From: Parasitella parasitica NRRL 2501
Lineage: Eukaryota; Fungi; Mucoromycota
Assembly (NCBI GenBank): GCA_025201805.1
Contig: MU619295.1
Span: forward strand, 1 to 45,073
Direction: 5' to 3'
Length of the DNA: 45,073 bases
The notes below the pieces were generated by a model. It searched no databases. It saw only the letters and a list, made by a program, of their open reading frames with translations, and was not told the DNA's origin. Position 1 is the stretch's first letter. Every line of letters starts with the position of its first letter. The position numbers were made by a program, and so were the translations under genes. Below, piece after piece: positions 11,004-21,798 of the stretch.

Positions 11004-12194
11004 CTAATTGTTTGGGACTTGCAAGTTGAAACGGTGGTCTTCATCCCTTTCATGTTCTTCTTTGCTTGTTTCTGAAGCTTCTTGAGCAGTATCTTGTACA
11101 GATACTATAAGCTTGTGATTATAAGTCTTGATCTTGGGCAAAGATCTGTCATCCTGTTCTTCTTTTTTACTCTTTGGTGTGCTGGAAAAGCCCTCTCTAT
11201 CCTTTGCACCACCAAAAAGGTAGATTTCATCATTTTTAGTAGGCAAAATCAGGACATTAGACAACGCATAAGGCAGAGTTTTCAGTTTGACAGTTTCAAG
11301 CGTCAATGTATTGATTTTGGTGATACTCGTTTCATTCCTTGCAGCGCCGATGACAAATGTGTAGAACCATTCATTCAGGTGAGTTATCTGAGATTTTCTA
11401 CCATAGCGAGATGTGCCTAAAGTGATATTGTAGTTTTCAGCTACATGAACTGTACCATTGTAATAGGAGTCAATGAGATTCTGCGTGTAAAATTGTTCTC
11501 CATTAAAGCCAAAAAAGGTTTCTTTGTAATCCCGTATTTGTTCACCAACCATGGAGATATGCGTGTCGTGGCAAATAATGCGCTTTACATTAATGCGCTT
11601 GTCGAGATAAATGGAATCTTGCCAGCTATTCGTAGCCAAATCATGTGCATGAATGATGTTCCTTTGATGACCATCATTGGTTCCCATAAAATACATTTTC
11701 CCATTATTGTGGCATGTAAGCAGGTTACCGTGCTTTATAAATGGCAACTGAGGGAGCTCGGTCCACGTCTTTGTGTCAGTACTATACTTCCAAAGATTGA
11801 GTTGAGAGATTCTTGGCTTGGATTGAATGTTATACAAGTAGATGTCTTTGTCAATGGCTGTAATTGATGCGCCCTGCATTGGTCGAGGTGTATTGGTTTC
11901 AAAATACCATTCATCGGTCAAGGTGTCGTAGACGTACGACGATTCTGTCACGTTTTGATGATCATCCATATTTTGAAACATGCTGTCTTCTTCGTCAGGG
12001 TCGACGATATAAGGAATGGCATAACAGCCACCAAATGTATAAATTTTACCATCAACAAGTGTGCCTGTTAGCTTTCTAACCGAATTACAGCTGCTTTTGT
12101 GTTTACCAATGTAGGCAGATACAGGTATCAAGTCTTCTGCAAATACCACGGCAGCAAAGGTAGATAAAAATGCTATAGCGCGTGTCAATAGCAT
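11004..12194 (-). CDS. Secreted Kelch-repeat (beta-propeller) protein, intronless, function unknown
   Basis: Likely start MLLTRAIAFLSTFAAVVFA (signal peptide). Kelch-like blades GKIYTFGG, VYDTLTDEW, KYSTDTKTWTELPQLP, HDLATNSW and EIYLFGG. Confidence 0.8.
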   Translation of the reverse strand: MLLTRAIAFLSTFAAVVFAEDLIPVSAYIGKHKSSCNSVRKLTGTLVDGKIYTFGGCYAIPYIVDPDEEDSMFQNMDDHQNVTESSYVYDTLTDEWYFETNTPRPMQGASITAIDKDIYLYNIQSKPRISQLNLWKYSTDTKTWTELPQLPFIKHGNLLTCHNNGKMYFMGTNDGHQRNIIHAHDLATNSWQDSIYLDKRINVKRIICHDTHISMVGEQIRDYKETFFGFNGEQFYTQNLIDSYYNGTVHVAENYNITLGTSRYGRKSQITHLNEWFYTFVIGAARNETSITKINTLTLETVKLKTLPYALSNVLILPTKNDEIYLFGGAKDREGFSSTPKSKKEEQDDRSLPKIKTYNHKLIVSVQDTAQEASETSKEEHERDEDHRFNLQVPNN

Positions 12195-12495
12195 TTTTAT
12201 GAAATTGAAAGGGATAATAAAGAAAGCATCTTTGGACATACCTATTTAAAGGCTTTTATTTAGGTATTGTTGAATTTTTAAGTTTTCTTGAGTTACATTA
12301 GAATTCTGTGAGAGCGTATTCTTGTACAGCGACAGCCAGCAAAAAGTAGTGTAATTCTACAACCGTCTTGCTTTTGAGAATCATATCGAGTCGTACCGAT
12401 ATCATAAAGAGGTTTTGTACATGCTTAGCATACAAGTGTCTCTAATTTCTGTTGTACAAGCACACATGTGCGAATGATAAACTACAGAATTTTTA

Positions 12496-13584
12496 TTACA
12501 GTTCATCATGCTTGACTGGATTATAAACCAATTTGTGATTATATATCTTAATATCATTCCTATGAGTTCTGCCATAAGGATAAGGCGCTATTCCGCCCAA
12601 GATCAAAAGTTCGTTTTCATTTACTGGAGCAATCAGTGGCGTAGACAAATCATATGGCAGAATACCAATGATTACATTTTCTAGTGTCATTATGTTCAAC
12701 CTGTAAAAAATTGTCTCCGTTTTACGAACATTGTGCAGATAAGCGTAATCGCCATAAAGAGAGATTGGTGCACTATTGTAATTTCCATCGAAACTGTAGT
12801 TATCAGATACCGTAGACCCATCAAGATACGACGTGCTGAATAATTCCAATGTCTCGTCCATGATGGAGGGTCCATCATCACTAGAATACCAGACAGCCAT
12901 TTTTGGTTCATCCTCTATACTCTTTAGGTCTTTGGCAATAAACTTGATGTGGTCCTTCTTGCAAATCATTTGCTTGACTTGCAGCCTCTTATCCATTAAA
13001 ATGGGGCTTTTGATCCATTGTTCTTTGTTAGTATCGTATACATGAATGATGCTTCTTTCTTCGCCGTCCTCAGAACCAGTAAAGTACATTTTGCCCTGAC
13101 CATCGTGGCAGGATTTCAGGTTGCCTGACCATAGGAAAGGAATTTCAGGCAATGTTGTCCATAACTTGTCGGTTGTGTCATACTTGTACATATCCATCGA
13201 TGTCCACTCAAATTCCGGCTTGATGTCGTAGAAATAAATTGAATCTTCAACAACTTGTGTACTTGCTTGTTTGAAAGGCACTGGAGTTTTGGTCTCAAAA
13301 GACCATTCATTTTTGGATACGTCGTAGACTTGCGACAAATCAGTTGCATTTTTATGGTCCTCTGAACTAAAAATGAAGTTATCACGGAGGCTATCAGGAT
13401 CTACAACATACGACACGCGAAAACAGCCACCAAACGTGTAGAGTTTATCGTTGAGTATGGCTCCAGCAACTTTGGGAGCTTCAAAGCACCTTGAATCATG
13501 TTTGCCGGTGTAATTTGCAATTGGAATTAATCCAGCAGCGCAAATTCCCATTAAAAGGGGTAAAATTAACAGCTGTCTAAGCAT
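12496..13584 (-). CDS. Signal-peptide Kelch-repeat protein with C-terminal HDEL, intronless, paralogue of the neighbour
   Basis: Signal peptide MLRQLLILPLLMGICAAG; KLYTFGGC, VYDVSKNEW, KYDTTDKLWTTLPEIP, VYDTNKEQW and LLILGG; ends KHDEL*. TATA-like GTATAAATAG lies about 70 nt upstream. Confidence 0.85.
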   Translation of the reverse strand: MLRQLLILPLLMGICAAGLIPIANYTGKHDSRCFEAPKVAGAILNDKLYTFGGCFRVSYVVDPDSLRDNFIFSSEDHKNATDLSQVYDVSKNEWSFETKTPVPFKQASTQVVEDSIYFYDIKPEFEWTSMDMYKYDTTDKLWTTLPEIPFLWSGNLKSCHDGQGKMYFTGSEDGEERSIIHVYDTNKEQWIKSPILMDKRLQVKQMICKKDHIKFIAKDLKSIEDEPKMAVWYSSDDGPSIMDETLELFSTSYLDGSTVSDNYSFDGNYNSAPISLYGDYAYLHNVRKTETIFYRLNIMTLENVIIGILPYDLSTPLIAPVNENELLILGGIAPYPYGRTHRNDIKIYNHKLVYNPVKHDEL

Positions 13585-14784
13585 ATTTTACTGTACAAGA
13601 TGAAAACGGATGCTTGTAAAAGAGAAGACCTGCAGAAACAGAAGCTCTATCTATTTATACTAAGGTTCAACAGTTCAAGAAGCTCTTTTGTGTACAAAAA
13701 TATGTGCTACTCTTCGTTCTGTAAACCTTTTGATTTATGCGTATATGATTTTAAAGTCGGCGATGTCTGTCATACCCACTCATTAACGATATTATGGTTT
13801 CTGTTTACTAAACTGGACGCCGGTGCGCTTTTCCGCCCATGAAATTTTCTTGACTACACAAAGCATGTGTGGCAAAGTGCTAAAATTTCAGTGAAGTTAA
13901 AGACAGCATTTATGGAAAAAAATCATGAGGTCAAGATGAATATATTAGTTCATGTAAAATGATTGCTACTCTTGGCGTTGTGCCCAACATTGACGACCCA
14001 AATCATCACAGCAAATCTTGCCGTGGAACGCTCAAAGACAAATGCTTTTTTGAGACTCACTGAAAACTCAAGCCGTTAATACGGGCTCCTAGGAAGCCCT
14101 CCAATCCTGAAATGACCTAATTTTTGCTGCAAATATTGTAAGATAGCCTTCTCGTCTAGAGTAATTTAGCGGGGTCACTTGAGAAATCTACTCAAGATGA
14201 CGCTATTATCACCAACTCCTTCTAAACCGACTCCTCGCGTTCTGCCAGATCTAGCTTATTGCCGCTCTTACAAATACAAGCTGAAAACACGAGCAAATAT
14301 ATCGAGGACGTCTCCTCAAATTTATGATATCAGTGCAACTCAAGAATGTGAGCAGCTCATGGAACATAAATGTCCGTACTATAAGCTGCGCTCTTCATGT
14401 CAATTCAAAACAGAGCCATGAATTATACGCAACTTTAGCCTGACCGTCTACTATCGCGACATGTAGAACTACATAATATATCAAAGTCTAGTTGCAAATA
14501 AAGATATAGTGAGTATGTACGGTTCGCTATACGGTCATCCCTGCTACTGCGAAGCAAATAGATGAACCAATTATCGTACGGCAAGCTAAATTAGGAGCAT
14601 ATTTCATGGAGGTTTTTGGATTTATAAAGGTATGCGCATCATGTGCTGCGGTTAGGGTGCTCATGATGATAACATAGTGGCAGCCGCAGCAGCCGCAGAC
14701 AAGCAATATAAATAGGACGCAACGAGCATTTTCAAACGATTCTGTTTATTATTATATACACTACTACCGTTTTCACAAACAGTA

Positions 14785-15585
14785 ATGTCTGCTTTACAGT
14801 TTGAACAAGACTTCCCAATTGGCTTTGCAGAGAACAGAAGCCAGCCAGAAGAAGCTACCAATTTTTACGTCGAATGGCTTGATAACTCTTCAGAATTTCC
14901 TGGTTTAGCAGCAGCAGCTTCATTGAGTAACGCAAATTTAACGACGGGGAGCTGGGAGCTGCTTCAGCGAAAGGAATTGAACGACCAAGACAACATTGTA
15001 GAAGAAGATGAAGGCGCTTGGTCTAAAATCAGTACCTCCGAACAGCATCCACTGTACGCTCAAATAGTTGAAAAGAATGCAGCTGAATTACAGCCTCCAA
15101 AAAGAAGCGTTCAACCACTTTGGCCCAACATTCACACCGTTACCAGAGCGAAAACCAAGACACAGGATGCCATCGAAGAACAAGAGGACTACCAAGACGA
15201 TTTGGGAACTGAACTGATTGGCATCCATAAATCTCAAAGCAGAAGAGCTAATCGAATGACTCGAAGACGCAACTACCATGATCTAAAAGTGCTTGATTTC
15301 CGTGTGGACGGTGTGTTCAGAATGGCTACTACACGCAACGGGACCGACATCACTTGGCTCCCATCGCCTGATTGTGACCAAAATCTGAGCATCTCAAATC
15401 AAGGATGTACTCTTTTTTACATGAACATAAATACAAGGCCTGATGCTTTGCGCTACGCAGCTAGATACAAGCACAATGTCCAGACATTTTCTTACAAAAT
15501 GCTCAAAGCAACCACCTCTTCAAAACATCCTCTGTTTCCTGACGGTGGTGAGTATTCTGTTCACTCCAACATTGTGAAAAACTGA
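14785..15585 (+). CDS. Hypothetical intronless 266-aa protein (acidic N-half, basic C-half)
   Basis: Long ORF with coding-like composition, TATAAATA about 70 nt upstream and a T-rich 3' flank. No family recognised. Confidence 0.7.
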   Translation: MSALQFEQDFPIGFAENRSQPEEATNFYVEWLDNSSEFPGLAAAASLSNANLTTGSWELLQRKELNDQDNIVEEDEGAWSKISTSEQHPLYAQIVEKNAAELQPPKRSVQPLWPNIHTVTRAKTKTQDAIEEQEDYQDDLGTELIGIHKSQSRRANRMTRRRNYHDLKVLDFRVDGVFRMATTRNGTDITWLPSPDCDQNLSISNQGCTLFYMNINTRPDALRYAARYKHNVQTFSYKMLKATTSSKHPLFPDGGEYSVHSNIVKN

Positions 15586-15981
15586 TCTGTCTCTGCTCTT
15601 GTACAATATTTTTTTCTCTTTCTTTTTTTTTCTTTTTTTTTTCTGTAATCAAATACAATAAATATCATGATCATCTTGAGTATGATTAACAACTGCAATA
15701 ACTCCAATCTTATTCCCTCAGATTGATAATTAATGTTATATGGAGTCATCTCTACTGAAGAAAATCGTTTTCCGAGCACACACGGTGTTTTCAGAATGGC
15801 TCATTTGGTACAGCAATCACTTTTACATACACATGCAACTTGTACTACCATTTTCACAGACGTCAGCTCCTATCTCCATGTGCCTGTTATTACCCCAAAG
15901 TTAGGGTTTATTTCCTATTTGATTTTTGAGACCAAAAAAAAAAATCAGATCTGTAATTTTAAGCTTTTCTATCTTTTTCAG

Positions 15982-17043
15982 ATGCCATTGCAGAGTCGAT
16001 TATCCACTAATCCTTTTACACCACTATTTGATCGCTTGGAGAATTGGATTAAAACATTCTCGAGAAATGTCACTAGTGAAACGGATTGGGAGGATTCGAC
16101 CAAGGGATCATGGTAACTTTGAAATCAATCTACCATAGCCATACATAGAAACTTTTTAATGTGGATGTTAAATGTATTTAGGTATCTTCAACCTCGTCAG
16201 CATGCTAAAGAATTAGTCTTGTTGTCAACTGGATTCGCAGCTGCTTCAGCCTACTATCTGAAAAAAGTTTTGAACCCTTCAAATCTGACGTTTCAAATGC
16301 TGAAAAACTTCAGACCAGTGGGACCAGTAACCAGGGCAGAAAAGTTCTTGGTAGCTTCGTTACTGGGTACATTTGCGCTAACTGTTGCTCATAAAGTGAT
16401 TCGAAAAAACAAGCTGTTTATACTTCAACCTTGTCATATGAGTGCCGGTTTGCTACTGATCACCTTGTGCTACCCGAAAAAGACCTCAGTGGCCACTAAT
16501 CTCCTGTTCAATGTTTATCTGCACACACAGTGGGGTGCGATTGCTGCACTGATATTTCCCGATTTGAGAGACCATTATCTTGTAGGCGAGACATTCAACT
16601 TTTTTGCAGGTACAAATTTAAATGTACACTGATCAATTACAGTACTTAATGATTGAATCCACAGAGCATATCCTTATATTGGTGGCACCCATCTATATGA
16701 TCTACAGTGGACGATATCTCGTCTTACCAGCAACAAGAGACATGGCGCTTTTATCCTTCTTTGTCTATAGCTTCTTTCATTCTCCTGTCCTAAGTATATG
16801 TGCATTAAAATCAGGACAGAATCTCAATTACATATTCTCGCCTCCACCAAGTAAGTTGCCGTTAAAAATCAATCTTATCAATGACGAGAAAACTCACAGT
16901 ATACAGTTGACATATTATTCAAAATCGGAAAGAGCTATAGATTAGCCCTGTACGCAACTGCATTTGGAGCCATGTTTGTAACAAGATATGCTTTGGTAGA
17001 AGGGATAGTCTCTATTCTGCCACGTAAATCAATCCCTTTATAG
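15982..17043 (+). CDS. TMEM164: TMEM164-family multi-pass membrane protein (putative Cys/His acyltransferase), 4 coding exons
   Basis: LQPCH, WGAIAALIFPD, FFA|EHILIL and NLNYIFSPP resemble TMEM164 family motifs. GT-AG introns lie near 16113, 16610 and 16851. The last exon ends RKSIPL* at 17043. Confidence 0.8.
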
Positions 17044-17142
17044 ACAACAGCAAAAATAGAACATGTCATCATAATGAGAACAGAAAGACTTTATATTAAA
17101 TAAACTTGACAAGCAACAAGATATGGTGTATATTGAATAATT

Positions 17143-19465
17143 TTAGGCAGTGGCTGTCATGTCATGAATAGTAGGTGGCACTACTGTCTTTCTGTTCTTT
17201 CGATAATGGCGAGTTTCGTTAGGATCAAAGCCTGCGGCTTCATGACCATGAAGAGCCCAATCAGGAGTCTTTGCCATGTAATCCAAACTGGTGAAAGGCT
17301 TTCCACACTTGACAAGTTCAAAGAACTTGGGGTAATCGATATGCGTATGCCATTCACCATTGATCTTGAAATTTTTGTGAGCAATCAAAAGCGAGCAAGA
17401 ATGAGCATGTTCTGCAGAAATTTCGTAATCACCGTCTAATTTGGCAACAATTTGACGGCAAAAATCAATGACTTCAACATGGAAAGGAACATTAGCCATG
17501 GTCAAATCACTGGCGCCACTGTAGCCGCAGTAGGTTACACCTTTGACTTCGATAAATGAAGGCTTGCCTCGACGAATAAGTTCAACGTAGCCATCAATTT
17601 CGGCAGTGTTGTGGCCCTTTACAAGCGTCATACGATAAACTGTGCGCTGTCCCTTCAATGCCAATTGCTCCAAACAATTCAAGAATCTCTCCCAGAAATC
17701 TCTAAACAGAGGACGGTCGATCTTCTTGAGCGAGTCCTTGGTGGCGGCATCCACGCTGACGTAGAGTTGAGTAACAGGAACCATTTCAGCAATTTTATCA
17801 GGGAATTGAGCATTTGTAACCAAAAATGACGAAATGTTGTTTTCATGCAGTTTGGTGACAAATTCATTGATATGAGGATAAAAGATGGGTTCACCTACAA
17901 GCGAAAGAGCGCAATGACGGATAGTAAACGCTTCCTGGAAACGCTCTGCTTTGACGCCGGGCACACCCTTGAACTGTTTGATCATCTTGTAGTGGTTCTC
18001 CATGGCGCCGTCCAAGATAAACTGAGGATCGTCCACCTTCCAGCGCCAAGTTGTACCGACAGGGTTTGTATGATGTCTCCAGCAGAACACACACTTGTTA
18101 GCACACGCTAATGAGGGCGTAGTTTCCATACACAAGTGGCTTTGGATGCCATAAAATGCATGTTTATAGCAGAAACCACGGCCACGCAGAGCAGATTTAG
18201 TCCAGCGACAGATTTTAACGCCTGAATGAGAACCAATCACCTTGTAACCTTGCTTGGTCAGGTTCTTTAGAATCATGGGCGATACCATTTCACGAGCTAG
18301 AGGCGCAGTTTTTGGTTTATTTCCTGCATCTGTGCCGATCAGGCGCTTGGCATTGGCTTTACTGTTCTCGAAATCCTCTTCTTCTTCAGCGCGCTTGGCT
18401 TTAGCAGCCTTGATTTTGCTGGCCATATTTCCCATGTCTTCGAGATCCACCATCTCATCACCAGATCCATTTCCGTCAATATCAATATCAGGTTGCGGGC
18501 TTTCCTCCTCCTCTGCAGAATCTTGCTCGTCCTCATCGTCTGATTGGAATGCAATGTTGGTGGGTGAAAACTCCAGACTGTGCTTGTCCTCCAGCTCAGA
18601 CACAAATCCATTTGCCCACACGTCAAACTGTCCCTTTTGATCTGCGTTCTTATCGCATTCACCCAAAGGATAGATACGAGTGGCGCCCAAACGGCCCAGC
18701 CATTTGTCAATATTGGCTGCTGCAACGTTGAATTCTTCACCGTAAGCAGAATCGCCTAAACCGCACACAGCATAACGTAACTTTTTTAAAGCATCACGGT
18801 CCACACGGAAGTCATAACGAAGGTCATGAAGCCAGTTGGAAAACCTACGCTTGGTATGAGTACCATTTGTATGTCGGCAGTCCTACATGTTTAATACTTT
18901 ACCAATCCAGTGGACCTTCTACGTTATATGTGGACAAAATAAAGACACAAATTGCGGTTTCCTGCAGTAAATTGTCATTCTCATACTCAGTGACATCCAT
19001 AATCTCTACTTTGTGAACCGTAACTCGATCATTGGCGTTGATCTTGTCTTCCATCTCTTTAGCCATGGTCTTTGCTGTTCCTGTCAGTGTCGAAAAGATG
19101 ACCTTTACATTTTCAATAACTACAGGCTCATTCGATGCCGATTCACAGGCACAAGATGCTTTTCCAGAAGTGGATTGACAGCAGGCATTGTCCTCTTTGG
19201 TAGTGCTCGTGGTGCTGGTAGCCCTCGCAGGTTTTCCAGAGGAAGAAGAACAGCAAGCGTCTCCCGCATTATCACCTTGACAACATCCAGATTTTGCTCT
19301 GCTTGCAGACTGTTCAGCAGCCGCAGATTTTTTGGATTTACAGCACCCCTCGCCATTGGAGCCGCTGCATCCCTCGTTTTCTGTTTGCCCTTCTCTAGGC
19401 TGCTCAGGGCCAACCGAGAGAATGTTGGTAAATCCATACAACAGATTGTTGATAAAATTACTCAT
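17143..19465 (-). CDS. TYW1: tRNA wybutosine-synthesising protein 1 (flavodoxin + radical SAM); intron 18845-18902
   Basis: Flavodoxin motifs STLTGTAK and YAVCGLGDSAY; GSHSGVKICRWTK, CYKHAFYGIQSH, CxxxCxxC (CANKCVFC), HCALSLVGEP and FIEVKGVTYCG. Confidence 0.96.
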
Positions 19466-19957
19466 AATGTAAGTTTGATTTGTCAAAATGAGAAAGAAAA
19501 AAAAAGTTTTTCTTGTCAAATCTGTACCTTGTTTGGTTGGAAGCATGAAAAAGTGACTATCTATACTCTTTACGTTGTTGTTTAGATTTGGAATTCTCTT
19601 GTCCCAATGCCCTTTAAATCGTATGTCAGGAAGCTGATGCTGCTCATGTGCACATGCATGCCATAAATGAACATTGAAACCTGTTTCCCATTACTGGCGA
19701 CTGGCCCCTTTTTTTGATTGACATGTTTGCATTTTCTCAATGACATGTAGGGAGGATGGTAAATGAGATGCTGTGAACATTTTTACCTTCTCTTTTATCT
19801 ACCTGATCATATAAAGCCTCAAAAAAGTGTTGCGTATAATTTATGTAATAGATGTTTGAATTGAATTATATCAAATAGTTCAAATATAAATATATAAAAG
19901 ATAAAAGACAAGAATAGATTCGGAGCTTGCATATAAAGAGAGACCAAATGAATCTAT

Positions 19958-21798
19958 TTAACAGGCTTTGACAAGCTTCCATGAACCCCAAGCAGAGCTG
20001 CTGGGGACTTCCCCCTGCGTCCACCATTGAGCCTTATACACGCTTCCCTTGTAGGACACAGAGTTGCCATTATTGTAGATAGTTGAAGCATCCCAAGCAG
20101 CAGCACTACCGCAACCAGCTCCAGAGGCAGGAGTCGAACTTGCTGAGCCGTTAGCAGAGGCGGTAGCAGTCATAACGCCAGTGGAAGTAGAACTGGAAGT
20201 GCCATTATTGATAGGAGCTGGCTTGGAGTTACCAGCTATCATGGGAGCAATAGCATTGAGAAGTTCACCGTTTTCTTGTTCAATAGACCAACAGAAGAGA
20301 CCAGCGAGACCTTTGCTTAAAGCAAAATCAGTCTTGACACCGAGAGAAATAGGATCATCATAAGAGATGAATTGCTTGTTTTGGGGATTATACAGCCAGG
20401 GCGTTTGAGTAATATTGTCAAAATGCCTAATCCAAGGAGATGCTGCAGTAGTGGGAGATGAAAGAAGTCCTTGGGATCTCATATTTGCCCATCTCCAAAC
20501 TCCAGATGCTTGAGAAGTATCGCTTGAGCAAAACTGATTTGCCCATGGACCTATACATGTAAATAGCAAGATTATTGTTAGTCAAGTCAACAGACTACCT
20601 CAAAAATCTCAAAATCCGACTACCATCAAAAGAATCCCCAAGTGGAGGAGTAGGAGAAACAGCAGAATTATACTGAGTAGTAGGATCCGAAGTAACAGTT
20701 AAGGTTTGAGCACGACCATAGAAAGGAATACCACCCGCTAGTTTGTTGTAAGGGACACCAGCTGCATGCCACAATTCAATACCTTCAGCAAAACCATAAG
20801 CATAGCCATGCCCTGGTTGACTGTGGAAAGGTGCATTAGGGCCGCTGGTACTATTCCACGCACCGTTGACATCAAAAGTCATGACATGGAAACGATCGAC
20901 GTAAGGAACAAAGCCTGATACATCAGTAACTGCGGTTGCTATGGACAATCATGTTAGAACAAGCATTTTCATTTAGCATTGATTTAAAGAAAGAGATACT
21001 TACAGCCTCCAAAGGGTGAAATATGAACTGCCATGGTGATTTCCTTGTAGTTTTTAGGAAAGCTGCTGGTAAGAGCAGTACGAAGCTCTTTCACAAGAGT
21101 GTTGAGATTCTCGACATCGTTGTCAGACACAGCATTGCAGCCTGCACCTTTAGCAGTAGGGTATTCCCAATCTAACTTGGTGATTAATTTCTTGTAAAAC
21201 AGTTGCATACAGAATCTAACTCACCAATATCTACACCGTCGGTACCATACTTGGAAATAAAGTCAACATTCCACTGAATCCAGGTAGCACGATTGTTATC
21301 AGAGGCAGCCATGGGCGAGAAATGAGTTGATCCAGACCAGCCACCAACGCTGACCATGACTTTAACGCCAGCAGCGTGAGCCAGACTAACAAGCTTGGGG
21401 AAACCATATTGGACATATTCATCAAACAAACCGGAATCGGACCACGTAGGTTTATTATCAGTGTTTTGAATAGCAAAAGCATAGTACTATATAGAGTCGT
21501 CATGGCGGGTTAATAACTTAATTGGAGATCAAAAAGTGGCATACCAGAAACTTACAATGTGAGTGTATTTTGAGAAATCAATGTTGGCAGGAGTAAAACG
21601 GCCATATAGCCAGTTGGGAAAGTAGCTATTGTGATACGTTTAAAATTAAATTGGTTTAATTTTCAATTAATGGCATTACCCAACAATAACTTTGTCATTA
21701 GTAGCACGGGTTGTTAGGCCAGTAGGAGTAGCAGAGGAATTGCTAAGCAAGCAAAGAGTAGTTGCTGCCACTGTAACCAAGATAGTGCTGAACTTCAT
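19958..21798 (-). CDS. Secreted GH18 chitinase with Ser/Thr linker and C-terminal CBM5/12 chitin-binding module, multi-exon
   Basis: Signal peptide MKFSTILVTVAATTLCLLS; VIVGYFPNW, SVGGWSGS, catalytic DGVDI|DWEYP split by an intron, GIPFYGR and ISYDD; C-terminal YKAQWWTQGEVP. Confidence 0.93.

Noticed and set aside
13900-14480. Coding-like stretch, ORF 14179-14421 and a small hairpin near 14170-14204
   Set aside because: No recognisable motif or consistent frame; could be a decayed gene but this cannot be supported.
14644-14691. Stem TGCTGCGGTT/AGCCGCAGCA enclosing ATGATGA (possible C/D snoRNA or TPP riboswitch)
   Set aside because: No D box at a suitable position and no TPP aptamer core.
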